From assembly GCA_001949185.1 (NCBI GenBank), contig BDGG01000002.1:8727990-8791989 (forward strand): 64,000 nt of DNA, in the 5' to 3' direction. The number at the start of each line of letters is the position of its first letter. Position 1 is the first letter of the stretch. Below the pieces are notes generated by a model that was not told where the DNA came from, did not search any database, and saw nothing but the letters and a program-made list of their open reading frames with translations. Both the position numbers and the translations under genes were made by a program. This stretch comes from Ramazzottius varieornatus (taxonomy: Eukaryota > Animalia > Tardigrada). Of the stretch, positions 12,701 through 25,236 are shown piece by piece.

Positions 12701-14192
12701 TACTACAGCGAAGTACACGTCAAATCGATTTCATTTCGGTAAAGAGTTGATGGAAAGGCATGCAGCACCCAAGTCTGTGGCCTGTGTGATTGCCGCTGAA
12801 GGACAGCAGTTGTACCACCCCATGGATTAGGTGCGGAAGTATGACTTGTCCCCTTGGCCTCTGCCTAGGTTAAAAATTTTTTCTAACGCCATACCGCAAT
12901 CTTTTTGATCAACTTATACACTTATACTAGCACGGAACTCCCGAGATTTTTTTGGGAGATATTTCTTTCCATTGCCGCAAGAGCCTGGGAGAAAAGGTAC
13001 AATAGTATTCGTAACGCCACTTTTCAAACCCACTTCCGGGAAAATTTCTCTGTCGCTGGAGAAGATCCAATGTCTTCAGCAGGTGATAATCTGTTAGCAG
13101 GATGATCCTACTATAAGAAGCCTGAATGGGAAATTCCAGTTCGTATTCCTGCAGTTTTGTGGAAGTGTTTTGTTCAGACTGCATTCCGGAGCAGACTTGC
13201 AACAGTAGTGAGTCCAGTCCGTGAATCCTCAAAACGAAACCGATCAGCCCGATCCCCCACGGTGAAACTGTAAGATGATTCATCATCAAACACGGATCCG
13301 ATTTTGTCGGCGGTGCGAGATGCGGTCGTGCCTCGATAAAATTCAAACACCAAGATCCCCGAAATTTCACTTATGCATGAGTCCGGCGAAATAATTCCTG
13401 GCGTACTCCAGAGCTGAGAGACCTGAATCAATCGAATGTCAAACAACGGACGGGAGCTGGTAGACTGACAGGAGAAAATTTTCCCAACGAAAGGACGAGT
13501 GGGAACAGAACTATGAATTTTCGAAGTCAAGGTACGTTAAGGGGGACAAGTCATGGTTCCGCACCTAATATTAATAGAACAGGCCAGTTATCGGCCAGCC
13601 ATGCGTTGATTGACCAATCAACAGGTGACAGCCGAAGCTGGCATGTTGTCTGTCTGCGGCTAATTGAAGTAACCGCGGTTCCAGCAGGTTCCATAACCTC
13701 TATTGCTGTGCCACACAGGCGTGCATTAGCGTTTGTGCAGAAGGTCAACCTTCGTTCTAAACCTTTTTAGCTCCAGGCAGTGCGTGAAGTTTACGAATTC
13801 AAACAACAAATTCTTCCAGGCGACGCAATTTTCAACAAACAATGGCTCGTTCGTCAAGTTCGTTAAGTCACAGTACGTGAAACGCCTGAACCTGTTTGGA
13901 GAAAGCGAAGTCTGGTACAGACTGCAGAAGTTCTGCTAGATGACAAAAAAATTATTGTGAATGAACAGCTAGCCCAATGTACTGTGGTAGAGGCAACAGT
14001 ATAACTTGTTCTTGCGGGAACAAGTTATACTGTTGCACACATTCGGCGTTGACGTTCTTCCTAGTAGTGACCCACCGACGTTCGTGGTGTGCGACAAAAC
14101 GTTACTGTGATCCACCACGAAGGGACCAATCAACAAGTTGGGCCTGCAGTTCACTGCGTTAATGTTGGCTCGAGTTTTCCGAATGCGGAAAG

Positions 14193-16596
14193 GTGTCGTT
14201 CGATGAATCCATAGTCTCTCGGCCATTCGGCATTTGTAAAGTTTGCCAACCACCGGCGACGGGACATCATTATGAAGATGTAACCTGTAAAGCTTGTAAG
14301 GTAAGAAACAGAAAGACCGCGCGCATGCATTTGCGGATAGCCCATAAAGAGCTGAACTCGACAGCAGAGAAGTTGTCGGTTTTAGGTTACACGGAACAGA
14401 TAAACATGTAGTCCTTTGTGGAGGTACTTGAGCAAGAATTAGGAGTCTTTCTTCTGCAGGGACTCTTCAAGCGAGCGGAAACGCCGATTAAGGATGACGG
14501 CCAGCAGGGAGCGGGCTGGAAGATGTACCTGTGCTACGAAGGGGGCAACTGCATCATAAATCTGAAGGAGCGTGCTCGCTGTCGCAAGTGCCGATACGAA
14601 AAATGCGTCCAAGACGGCATGTCCCTAATCCGTAAGTGCAATGAATAAATTGTGACTTGTAGATGTAGCATTGCCAGTCCTAACTTACGTATACTATTGA
14701 GCTTTGATTACCATGTCCAGACGAGTTTTCCGAGATTACCGAGTCGAGCTTCATCAATTTTTTCCACAAAATTAGTACGCAATGTGCAGAAGTTGCAGAC
14801 GGGGCCCGTTTTCTGACTTTCGGTTCCAGTAACTATTTTGGCTTTTTTAACACTGTATAATGCTTGTGGAACCTCAGTGCGCTGGTTGTCCATGCAAGTT
14901 CTTCAAGAGTAGCGAGCCGAACTTCCTCAAAATTACCTCCAATTTAGTACTTAGTGGGGGAAGTTGCAGACGGAGCCCGTTTTTCGAGTTTCGGTCTCTG
15001 GAATATTTTGTGAATTTTCTTGTGTGTTTCTCTTACTCTAATGGATTGTGGAATGTTTAACATGGTACCTATCACCAGACAAAAGTTTGATGCAGCCTCT
15101 TCTCCATTTGCCGAACGAGCCCGCCTGTATCACGACTTAAGGGATGTAAGTTTTAATGGAGAACGGTTGGCACAAAACCTAAACCGCTTGGAAAATCTTT
15201 GGGAATAAACGGAAGAGAAATGGGCCGGCGGCAGAGTAGAACAGTAAGGCGTAAACAGATAACATCATATTGAGCGAGCATGAAACTAAAGATTCGTCTG
15301 CGACCAATCAGTGGAAAGACCCCTTGACTTCCGCAATCTTATGATTGAAATAGTTTTCAGTTCGTTCCCATTCCCTACTTCCTAAACTAGCCCAATTGAT
15401 AACTGAAAATGGCCACAACCGACCGTTTAAAATTTAGAAAAATTGGAATTGTCCAGGCTGCAAGATACAATGCTAATTAGAATTATTAGAATTCGAAAAA
15501 AAAAGAAGTTGTAATTGATGATTGAGATGCCTAATGTGACGATTCAAATTATTGAACTTGCGCCAACAGCGCGGTAAAGTGCATGCGGGAGCATTAAGTT
15601 TCTGGATTGGGCGGATATGTATGTGTATGTGCATGTCGCATGAGGGAGCAAGGCACGAGGCTTACTTTATTGCTTCGTGCGTCACGCGCGGTGCATCAGC
15701 TTACGCCCGGTGTTGAACCCTGGTCCAGACTTTTTTCCTACCAATCCCTTGAGGGATGTTTCGGTAAAATGACGACGTACGCGCTTGAGGTGGCGGGGGG
15801 TTACAGTACCTGACCAATCGGCGCGTAAACAGTTAAGTTGAAGCCACTTAAAAGAGTTGCCGCATTAAACACTAGCCAATGTCCGCGATATGTCACGTCA
15901 AGCTCTTCTCGAACGGTTCCGACACTAGTTTTTGTGGACGTACTCTGAAAGTCAAAGACAGGTTGAGTAATCTTCCCAAGTTTCCTGCTCCTGGGATTGT
16001 CCTGTTCATGGTGGCTATGTTCAGCCAGCACTGTGGGCAGTACATCGACTGTTTTGCCTTTAGTTCAACAGCATCGACAGACGGCATTGACTAGAGTTCC
16101 CTGATTTACATGGAAAATCATACTGTATTTCCTCCCAAAATTTGAGTACATCACTGGAGCATAATTAATCCTGACGCGGAGGGCAGTCATGTGCCGTCAG
16201 CGTTGATTCTGCTCGAGTGACGTACACAAATTTTGGGAGGTAATAACAGTACCACCGTATACTTCCTATGCCATATGAAGCAGGTCCCTTGCGACTTTTC
16301 CTGTTTGATAGCTCATACGAAAATAGAAATCTGCAATTAATATCCAAGTACTTACTAGCTTGTTCCCTTCAACAGGCTTTAAAACTGAATTTACCCGAGG
16401 ATCTATTAAAGATAAGCTGCGAGCGAGCCGAAGGCGAAGCGAACAGCTTGTATGCCAGTATATTGCAGATGCTTCAAAATCTGATCGAGGAGACACTAGG
16501 GTATACAGGATTACAGCCTTCATGATGCCATACATTTTCGACCAATTCGAGCAACACATAGCGGGCTTGTCAATGCAAAACCGCATGGCACAGTAA
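14193..16596 (+). pseudogene. Divergent nuclear hormone receptor (C4 zinc-finger DBD exons ~14193-14300 and 14460-14631; putative decayed LBD ~15700-16596); gene or pseudogene
   Basis: CKVC..ATGHHYEDVTCKACK|GLFKRA...YLCYEGGNCIINLKERARCRKCRYEKCVQDGM is a clear NR DBD with a GT-AG intron. No in-frame ATG lies directly upstream (TAA at 14160), and the downstream LBD-like segments are broken by stops and frameshifts. Confidence 0.7.
14711..15020. repeat. Degenerate tandem duplication (~175-bp unit) in the NR intron
   Basis: ttagtac...gaagttgcagacgg(g/a)gcccgtttt...tttcggt...tattttg occurs twice, near 14770-14840 and 14945-15010. Confidence 0.65.
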
Positions 16597-18057
16597 CTGT
16601 TGTCTGTGTCGGATCTGGTAAAGTACTGGGCCGTTTTGCTTGCTTCTCGACTTTCACAAAGTGATTGGCCACCCTATATCTCCATTCAAACATACATAAC
16701 TTCATTCGTTGTGAGCCGATTGTGACATTCCAAAGATGTCTGAGAAGACTAATGTTTCATGTTCACGACCACGTGACTTTCGTCCGAACTCATCAATAAA
16801 CCAGCTGGCAGTGCTCGGTCCAAAACCTTTGGAACTGCCTTACTTTCGGCACCGTTCTGAGAATTCCAGCCAACACTTGTCACAATCCCCTTCTCATCGT
16901 AGAGTAGAACCAACATGGGTCATTCGAACAAGCCTAGACGTAACCGTACTGGTCTAGAAGCAAAGGAGAATACAGAAACTTTCTTCGCGGGTCTTACAGG
17001 AAGAGAGCTTTTTTCAATGTTATCAATAAGAGACCTGTGGGAAAAATCTTCATCGGTCCGCTAGGGGCGTGCGTGTCGCGTCTGATCAAGTTGTGATAGG
17101 TATGGCAATAGGACGTGTTGTCACTGCCCGGCCTGTAAGCTAACAACTTCCCCATGCGATTTCGGATTAACAAGTCCGCTTAATTCTCCTCGTAGTTGTC
17201 ACATAAATCAGTGAGAATTGTGCGCGTGTCGCCTACGATACGTCCGTTTCGGCACCCTGTCACTTCCGCGGTCAATCTATATGTTATACCACAGTATGGG
17301 TCACACAACGTTCGCCACAGTAGGTGAACCTTCAGGAAGGCTGGAAGCTAACGCGCGCCAGTACTGAAAAATTTCGTTGGTGACATGTTTACGCCCGCTG
17401 GCGATGCCGAGTTGATGAAGAAATTCAAATCAACTAACCGAGTGTAAAGCTGATACGCTGCTGTCTTTCTTTGACTGCATAAGGCACACTCCAGAAGTAA
17501 TAGGTGTGTTCGTTCTGTAGGTATTCATTCGGGCAGACGGTGGAAGCGGAAGGTCGAGCCTGCGCCAAGTGAAAGCCCCAGCTGTGCGTCTCTACCCGAC
17601 ATGCCGACAACTGTGCCATTAATCTTAACGGACCTCCTAAGACCGCCTCGTTCTCGCAGTGCAGAAGAGGTGTATGGCAGCCTTCCACCTTTTTGGGAAG
17701 CGTCTCCAGCCGAAAGACCTGCGATGGGCGCGCTCAAAGGACCTTGCGGGTCGGTAGTGCCCACAAGAGCCTCGGCTAGCAGTTTTCTCAGACCGACGGT
17801 AGCCAGCGCATCCCCAGTATCGCAAGCAGACTTTGCCTTGTCTTCTCTACCTCTCGACGATTCTTCTGTTTCCAATACGGTGTCGGTCATTGTCTACGGA
17901 CACAAAAGTACTTGCACAAATTGACGTCTTATCACGCCCAACACAACCCGCTTGTGCTAGTTTCAAAGCAGTGAACGAAATCTGCGTTTGATTTATTTTA
18001 ATCCATTTCTTTCGACTTCGCCTCAGTGAATAAAACAAGCCGAAGCCGTCCGTTCGT

Positions 18058-20754
18058 CTATGGTTCAGTTCCGTCCACGTCGCGCCCCTTGCTGGCTATT
18101 GAGGCTGGCACTGCAACCCATGGCCGATCAATCAACATGTCGAAATTGAGCAGCATGCCATCGAGAGAGCAATGTACAATCAAGTGGGCCACTTACCATA
18201 ACAGCACCAATTGCCATCAAAGGCAGCACAGTCAGCTGTGGACTGAGCGGCTTCGAACGTTGGGGACATTGCTTCGCAAATACTGTCAAGATCCATTGTG
18301 CTGGCGCAGACACCTCTCTGTGCACTGATCTGTATTCCACGGTCAGGTTTGCATGACTTCCGATTTGACGATGTAGCAGCTGAAAGCGACGAGGTCGCAG
18401 TTGCGATGGTCGAAGACACGTCCAAAGTACCCATAGACGCGGTCGACGTTGTATCAGTGAGGGAGGACGATGTGTCCGCTGAGTCATAGTACCCACCATC
18501 GGACGAGACTGATGAGACTGCAGCTGTAGTAGCGGCGTCAGTCGAAGACGCTTCCGAAGTCCCAGTCGACATCTCTGGACTGTTGGTAGTGGCGACTGTG
18601 GAAGATGCGTCGGTTGAATCATAGTAACCAGCCTCGAATGAGGCGGATAAAACTGCTGAAGTGGCAGTTGCGTCGGTCGAGGACGCTTCGGAGAAAACTG
18701 CAGACACTACCGAGGTGGTAGCATCTGTAACCGTTGTATCGGCGCCGGTTGAGTCGCTGTAACCATTATCGGAAGAGATCGACATAATGGTTGTCGGCTC
18801 TTGGGTGGGTGTTATGGAAGCTTCCGTCGGTGAGCTGCTGTATGACGAGCTAGACGAGGCTTGGGACAGGCGGAGGGCAAAACGTCTCTTTACTTCTTCG
18901 ACTTGATCGCTAAGCGGGACGTGTTCCGATAACTTTACTTGCTTGAAAATTGAATGCACGTTGGACGAACCAACTCTGTTGGAGAAGGGACGAATCTTCC
19001 CTTTGGCAGCGGCGGATGGTACGACCGAGCCGATGGTGTTGGTATCGGCTATCGCGTTACTGTTTGCACTGTAGGTGGAACTGTCAGATACCATCATTGG
19101 GGTGGTGGCAGCGGATGCCGGATAAGTAATAGTCTCAGTACTGCCTTGAGTGGTGACACTTGAGGTGGTCGCTTGTGCTGTGGTGGTAGATGGTGTCGCA
19201 GCGGTGGTGGTGGTGGTGGCGGTTGTAGGTGTTGTGGTGGTCGAGGTGGTAGTTGCATCCGGAGTCGTCGTACTGGAGACAGAGGTGGCAGCTGTTTCGG
19301 TGGCGGTGGCTGTGCTGAAAGTTGCCTCCGGTGGTCGAGTGGCAAGCGTGACGATAGGCGTGACGATACTGTTACCGGTGGACGAGTCGGTGGCAGTGGT
19401 CGTCACGTCCATGCTCTGCTTCTTCTGGGTCAGTTTGAAGAATCGCCGAATGGCTGGTGGCAGTTGCTTATTGGCGCTAATTTTCTCCACCTGCTTGGTC
19501 TCTCGAAGTCGGCTACCGAAGCGTAGTCGATTGCGCAAAGGATTGGGTATTTGTTCCTTGAGAAACTGCAGACGCTTGGCGGCCTGGGCGTCGCTGGTGT
19601 CCAGACCGACTATCGAAAAGGCTTCATCGCTCCGCTGGTCCACTTCAGGATCCTCCGGCTGATCATTTGCCAAACCGAAGCTCTTGAATAATGACTCGTC
19701 TGCAAAAAAAGAGTGATCAGTCAACCCGCGTGGATAATCCGACTTTGTGATTTGTCAGCTACAGTCTGAGTGCGCCAGCTTGCTACCACCTAGCATTCAA
19801 CACGAAAAATTTGCGTTGCTTTATAATAATCTATGCATCGGTATTCTTCATACAAATTCTCATGCTGTTTTGTATGAGCCATAGTACCTTCCGCCACAAC
19901 AGTAACCAGTTTGAGAAACTTGACCGGTATAACTTCTAGGGAGGGACACATACCGCACCGACTGAAATGCAGTCTGCTAGATTTCATATTTGAGTTTTGA
20001 GTCTCAATTTTATCTAGACAAGTTAACAAGTACTTAAGTTGCCTGTCAGAATCGAGAAAGAATGTAAGAGCATCGGACCAACTCGGCAGCAGAATTAAAA
20101 CCGGCAAAATTTTCCATTCTGCCGGGAAATCTCGTCTGGTGAAAAAATTATTGGATGTTTTTCAGAGTAGCAGATTCATGTTCACAGCGCACTTTCCCGT
20201 AGGTCAATTCTCGTTCTAAATATTGATAGTTCCAAAAACAGACCTGCTGGACTTGAACGGAGAACTGAAAAAATGATTTCCGAAAACGGTCCAAAAATTT
20301 GCGAAAGTTTTTGTAATTGTTACTTCGCGCCTCCCCTAGTTTAATTTCAATCTCGACTTTTTGTAAGCAACTTTCTGGCCAGTAATTTTTCAGGAGGTAG
20401 CAAACATGATGTTGAATCAAGAAAAACTGATCTTAAAGCTGAGCAACAGTCGCGTCGAGTAAAGCTTGATCTAATGGGTGGAAGCAAGTGGGCCCACTCA
20501 AGGTATTTTGTATTTGGGCGCTTTCGCTTCTGATGAGCATGTCTTCGGGGTAGAGACATTAAAGTGCTTAGTTGAGTTTCCCTCTCAACAATCACTGCAA
20601 ACGGCATTGCAAACAGGAATTCGGGTGGAAACTTTCCATTCCATTCATGTTTCTCTCGCTGGTGAGAGTTCGAAGAATGTCACCACTTACCGGCAAATGT
20701 TGTCTGGATCACAATGGCACAAATCGATAAGTGGAGTAGTACGGGGTAACCCAT
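18058..20754 (-). CDS. Secreted mucin-like Ser/Thr-rich protein with a C-terminal 6-Cys clip-like domain; exons 20754-20691, 19699-18197, 18110-18058 (extra small exons possible)
   Basis: Exon 1 encodes the signal peptide MGYPVLLHLSICAIVIQTTFA followed by a gtaagt donor. The large exon has a ttttttgcag acceptor in matching phase, Thr/Ser tracts, three GY(Y/S)DS repeats and a C-C-C-C-CC domain. The last exon reads VPASIASKGRDVDGTEP*. Confidence 0.75.
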
Positions 20755-21206
20755 TGTCAGCAGAATAATCCGGACAATAGAGAGAGACGATGGATGTAAC
20801 AGCAGGAACAATTACAAGACGATGTCTGACCAAGAAGAGATTATTGCCGTCAACGCGAAATGATAATTCGTTGTCACTATTACAATATCAACAGCTTAGA
20901 GAGTTCTACATGTGATGGATCATAGTTATATTAATTGCCGTCAGCGAATTTGGCGGCAAACGAGCGCGCAGACTAGGTTAAGCGCCTGGATCCGAGCAAA
21001 GATGGCTTCCGTACGGGTAAAAATGGTCGATTGTACTCTCAGCAAATTAAACTGACATCTATATCAAGTCATTGTGCTATACGGCGCACGATCAGATTAC
21101 AGCGACTCTTTCAAAGACCGTTCAATTGAAGCTAACGTGCAAGAAAATTGCAGGTGCGGAGGAAGATATGACAAAGTGACGGCGCAAATGCAGATCGTTG
21201 GGTTAA

Positions 21207-21730
21207 TTAACACCCTGATCACCACCGTACTCATTGTGAGTAAAATACGGCACTTTTTCGCTCCCCATAATTTCCATTTTGCCCGGTTTAAACCAAATTT
21301 TTTTTCATTGCCTGGTCTGCGGTCTTATCACTGAAACGCAGCTGATGACCACTGGTCAGTACAACTTCCCCAGGCTGGAAAAAATCCTTACGATTTCGGG
21401 CAGTTTCGGGAGTATTTTAGGTTTCCTGTCTTTGCTCGAGATACATCTGTTTAGAAAAAAAAATGAAACACTAAGGAGAGCTTCCTCTACCGATAGTAGG
21501 CTTGGGACAAACTTGGTGTCATCGGTGCCTCCAGAAAAAAAATCAAAACGGCCAGGGCTACTTTTCCCGCACTGGCCTTTACGGCCTGCCAATCTCCACA
21601 ATTTCGAAATTAAGTTGTCGATTGGTTAATTTGGGTTACGCCTTCCAATTTCCTCCATTTAACGTTCTGTGCTCACTGTGAGTACGCTGGTAATCTGCCG
21701 ACACAAAAAGCTTGGTATTCAGGGTGTTAA
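21207..21730. mobile_element. Non-autonomous piggyBac-like MITE with TTAA target site
   Basis: ttaa-caccctga...cgtactcattgtgag on the left; ctcactgtgagtacg...(spacer)...tcagggtg-ttaa on the right. Confidence 0.75.
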
Positions 21731-22518
21731 GTGCAGTTCGAAGACAACCATTTACTTCGTAGGTGATACAAGCACTTCATTTGGTAGATTTCCACCAAAG
21801 AACCCAGAAAGGACTGTGCTGCAGAAATCACCGTTCCAGCGCTAAATTTCTTCTGTGATGTCCATGTCGATCACGGCAGCAACCTGGCAGCAAACGCCCC
21901 TTCTGCGTTCTTGAAATTCATGCTGTTAACAGTACTACCATTCAGAGCACAATTAAATTCGATCGCAATCGCTGATAGATTTCTTTACACACAGTACGAT
22001 GCGCAAGCTCTCACAGACCTTAGTATGGACGACGTAGTGTTGACCAAGTGGTGATCGATGGACCCAAAGGTAAGGGCACCTTCTTTTCAATGGGATGGTC
22101 GTCTGGTCACTTGGGGGCCAGATGACACTTATTTCGGTTTTTGCCGTTTCCTTGTTAATAACAGCAGGTTCTTCCCCATACCTCTGTCAAAGGCAAGCAA
22201 CAACCTGCGCTGTCATCATTTCATTTTACCGCTGCTTACGTAACGGACGACTGCAAACTCTTTTCTCTGCTGCGCGAACGCATATTCACTTGACTGAGTA
22301 AGCGAAAGGCCGACAGGGCTTTCGTCTTCGTTGATGATTTTATGGGATTATATGTACTCAAGCGTAAAAGTGGTTTAGAAAAGTGTGCAACTTATAAAAG
22401 CTCTGTCACAATACAGCTAAAAAAGCCATAAGCTATATGAAGCGAGACGATGGGGTCCAGGAAGTTTGCGAATTTGATATGAAAGCAACTCCTTCTAAGT
22501 CAATTTCCATGAGATAAT

Positions 22519-23031
22519 CTACTTGCGACCGTAGTAAGAACTACCGGATGGAGCAGCAGAGCTAGCCATGGAGGAGGAGGTGGTGGAGGTGGTGATGGTA
22601 GAATGGGCACCTCCTGATGGACCCGGTTGGTGAGCTGACGTCACTGGATTGATAGTGACAGCACCAGTGCTGCCATATCCGCTGGGAGCCATGGACATGG
22701 TGACCGTCGGGACGGTGTTGGTCTGAGCACTAACCGACGAAGAAGCGCTGCTGGCATATCCACTGGTGCCCATGGATGCCATGGTGGAGGTGCTGGTCCG
22801 AGCACTAACCGATGAGCTGCTGCTGCCATAGGCGCTGGTTTGGCCACCCACCATGGGGGTGCTGGTGACTGGCCCGACAGAAGCAGTACTTATGCCACCC
22901 ATTTGCATGGTGCTGTCGCCGTGGCTGCTGTCCGCGTAGCCGCTGCCCGACATCTGCCGTTCTTGACGAACATTTCTGGCGGCGGCCAGCACCATCACGG
23001 CGGCAAAGCAAGCGACGCTGAGGACATGCAT
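22519..23031 (-). CDS. Intronless secreted 170-aa Ser/Thr/Gly/Met-rich disordered protein
   Basis: Signal peptide MHVLSVACFAAVMVLAAA, then RNVRQER|Q, repeated S(G/A)Y(G/A)SS units and a C-terminal YYGRK. Good start context (ccaccATG) and an upstream TATA box. Confidence 0.85.
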   Translation of the reverse strand: MHVLSVACFAAVMVLAAARNVRQERQMSGSGYADSSHGDSTMQMGGISTASVGPVTSTPMVGGQTSAYGSSSSSVSARTSTSTMASMGTSGYASSASSSVSAQTNTVPTVTMSMAPSGYGSTGAVTINPVTSAHQPGPSGGAHSTITTSTTSSSMASSAAPSGSSYYGRK

Positions 23032-23112
23032 GGTGGACGTTCGGCGTCCGCGAAAGACTTGTACAAGAGAGACCAGATATGCTTTCTTATCGGACGCCTT
23101 TTGCTCCTGTGC

Positions 23113-23120
23113 TTTATATA
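23113..23120 (-). promoter_or_regulatory. TATA box of the 170-aa secreted protein gene
   Basis: TATATAAA on the minus strand, ~85 bp upstream of the ATG at 23031. Confidence 0.6.
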
Positions 23121-23577
23121 GCCCTACCAGCAAAGGTACGCTGTGGCGCTCGGCGCCACAAGATTCGTCACAAACGCGAGGAAAAGTGGCGCAAGAGTCG
23201 ATTGCCACACAGCCTGCAGCTTTTCTTTCGACCAAAAGAGGCTGAGTTTGCCGCTGCTGAGGCCATCGGTCGGCTATATGTAATACTATGTATATGGTGT
23301 TTTCTACGGCTTCTAAACCAGACAACAACTAATCATAACGCCAATGTGGCAAAGTTATAAGGCCTTGATTGGCACAATGCCGCATAAATCGAAGAGGTCG
23401 ACGTCCTCACCGCGGGTTTTGAAGGCCTCGACCGTTAGACTATCTCTATCAATCCTCTTTCAAAATTAGGATAGTAGTTTTCTGTTATTCCGAACCGTCT
23501 GGAGTACAACTAGAGGAGCTGGCATCCAAGACTCCCGTCTCTGTGTTTGGGTGCTTTCTAAACGTTACTACCAGGGA

Positions 23578-23860
23578 CCCTGTTCTTACGAGCCTCCGAG
23601 CCATGATCTTGCCCAAATGACACTGGGGACTGATCCTGGTTTGCTGCAGGGCATTTTGGGTGCACTGTGGGCTCAGTCCGGGCTGACGTACGTGACATAT
23701 ATATCTATGGGACGACAGGAATCTCACATAACTGGTCCATGTATGGTCATGTATGTGATATTCATGTCCAATAGACATAGAATTATGTGACATACATGAA
23801 TCCAGACTGAACCCACGGTGCACCCATAAGATCGTGGTTCGGAGGCTCGTCATAACAGGG
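23578..23860. mobile_element. MITE with 33-bp TIRs
   Basis: ccctgttcttacgagcctccgagccatgatctt versus aagatcgtggttcggaggctcgtcataacaggg (4 mismatches); internal tgacata-type repeats. Confidence 0.75.
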
Positions 23861-25085
23861 CTAGGGGAACTGGTCAGACTGCCAGCTTCGGTTCATGATC
23901 GTTGACCTACGCGTTTGGTAAAGTGTTACTGTAATTAATGTCGTCGTGCTCTCTTCGTCCGTAGACAATGTCTAAATCGGACATGAACATTGTTCGTCTA
24001 ACATTTTCAAATAAGATTTATGAGCAGGCTGCAGCGCAAACTACTGCGCCAAAGAGACAGACTTCGTTGGTTGGAATGGCGAGTTCCAATCGCTTTTGCG
24101 TGGACGATAGTCTACCAGAAGGCAAGGCCTAGTTACTCCGGCTGCGGAAAAAGGACATAAACCTGGGCCGGCTGGACTGGAATTCTGAATCGCTGAATCT
24201 GGAACCTGGATCTGGATTGCGCCAAGATGCAGATTCTGTACCTGGACTCCATACCTGAAAAAGGCCGAAAAACGGCAGCAGAACCAAACAAGTTTTCTTC
24301 TTGTGATAAAGAACCGCAGACGTAGATAGCGAACGGGCTGCATGATAAATATTTCGAGCTATGACAACTCGGCAGGCCCCTCTCAGACAACTCGATGGTG
24401 GGATGGCGTAAGGCTTGGAAACAACGTTCTGTTAACCGCTGGCAAGACTAAATGCTATGGAGCTTGCCATTCCAGTGAAGACTGGGATAAAACCGTTAAT
24501 CAAAATAGTTGAAAATTTGCTTGTGATCCGAAAGCTTCCGAAATCTCTGAAAAGCGATTCTCGATCAAGGGCGAGAGGCCGAACGCCCATTGCCTAGTCG
24601 AGATATTCATGAGTTAACTCGTTGATTCGACACTGTTGTCGGTTGAGGTCTTCGATTTCATAAAAGAAAATTGATAAAATAATATGTAGCCGATGAAATT
24701 TCGTGCTTGACCGAGCGTCGTGTTCCATCAAGACAACTGTGGTTGGGCCAACAATGGAGTCTCGTGGACTGTTGAATCAAACCTAAAATACTTAGCGTAC
24801 GAATCATTCTACATTTATGTCGACTGCGGTAATCTACCAAAGAAAAATTGCATTATTTTGGGAGTTCTTTGTTGCCTTTTCCGCCGTTAGTCCAGATCCA
24901 GCGATCCAATCAAGGCCCTGGTTTTAGCATTTGTCTGAAAAAGGTGCTGCCATCTTGCCAAACAAAAGTCTAAACGAGGTAGGTGCTTATATGTCAACAC
25001 ATGTACATGTCCAAAGAACCTCCAGATTCAGGTTCTTTAGTATTGTAGGTTGTGGCCACAAGGCTGTACAAGTGTACATTTTAAC

Positions 25086-25236
25086 ACTGTAACAATTCGC
25101 TGCGTCCGCGCGGTACGTCATCGTACAAGCGAAGTACAGGCAGGCCCGGTCCGGTTTTACTGCCTATTGAACCCCCCACGGGTGTGCATTGCCATGTAGG
25201 CGTACGTACTGCGCGAACGCAGCGAATTTTGACAGT
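25086..25236. mobile_element. 150-bp MITE with 33-bp TIRs
   Basis: actgtaacaattcgctgcgtccgcgcggtacgt versus acgtactgcgcgaacgcagcgaattttgacagt (4 mismatches). Confidence 0.7.

Noticed and set aside
12730-14010. Short ORFs between the GPCR and the nuclear receptor
   Set aside because: No recognisable domain and no consistent splice model; I could not link them in frame to the receptor.
17434-18038. Possible piggyBac transposase C-terminal relic (LRKLLAEALVG...HTP...C) or extra exons of the mucin gene
   Set aside because: The resemblance is weak, the Cys pattern is incomplete, no termini were found, and the mucin gene already has a plausible stop at 18058.
23032-23328. N-terminal extension of the 269-aa ORF
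   Set aside because: It starts at a non-ATG codon and runs through the TATA box; the signal peptide begins at the ATG at 23031.
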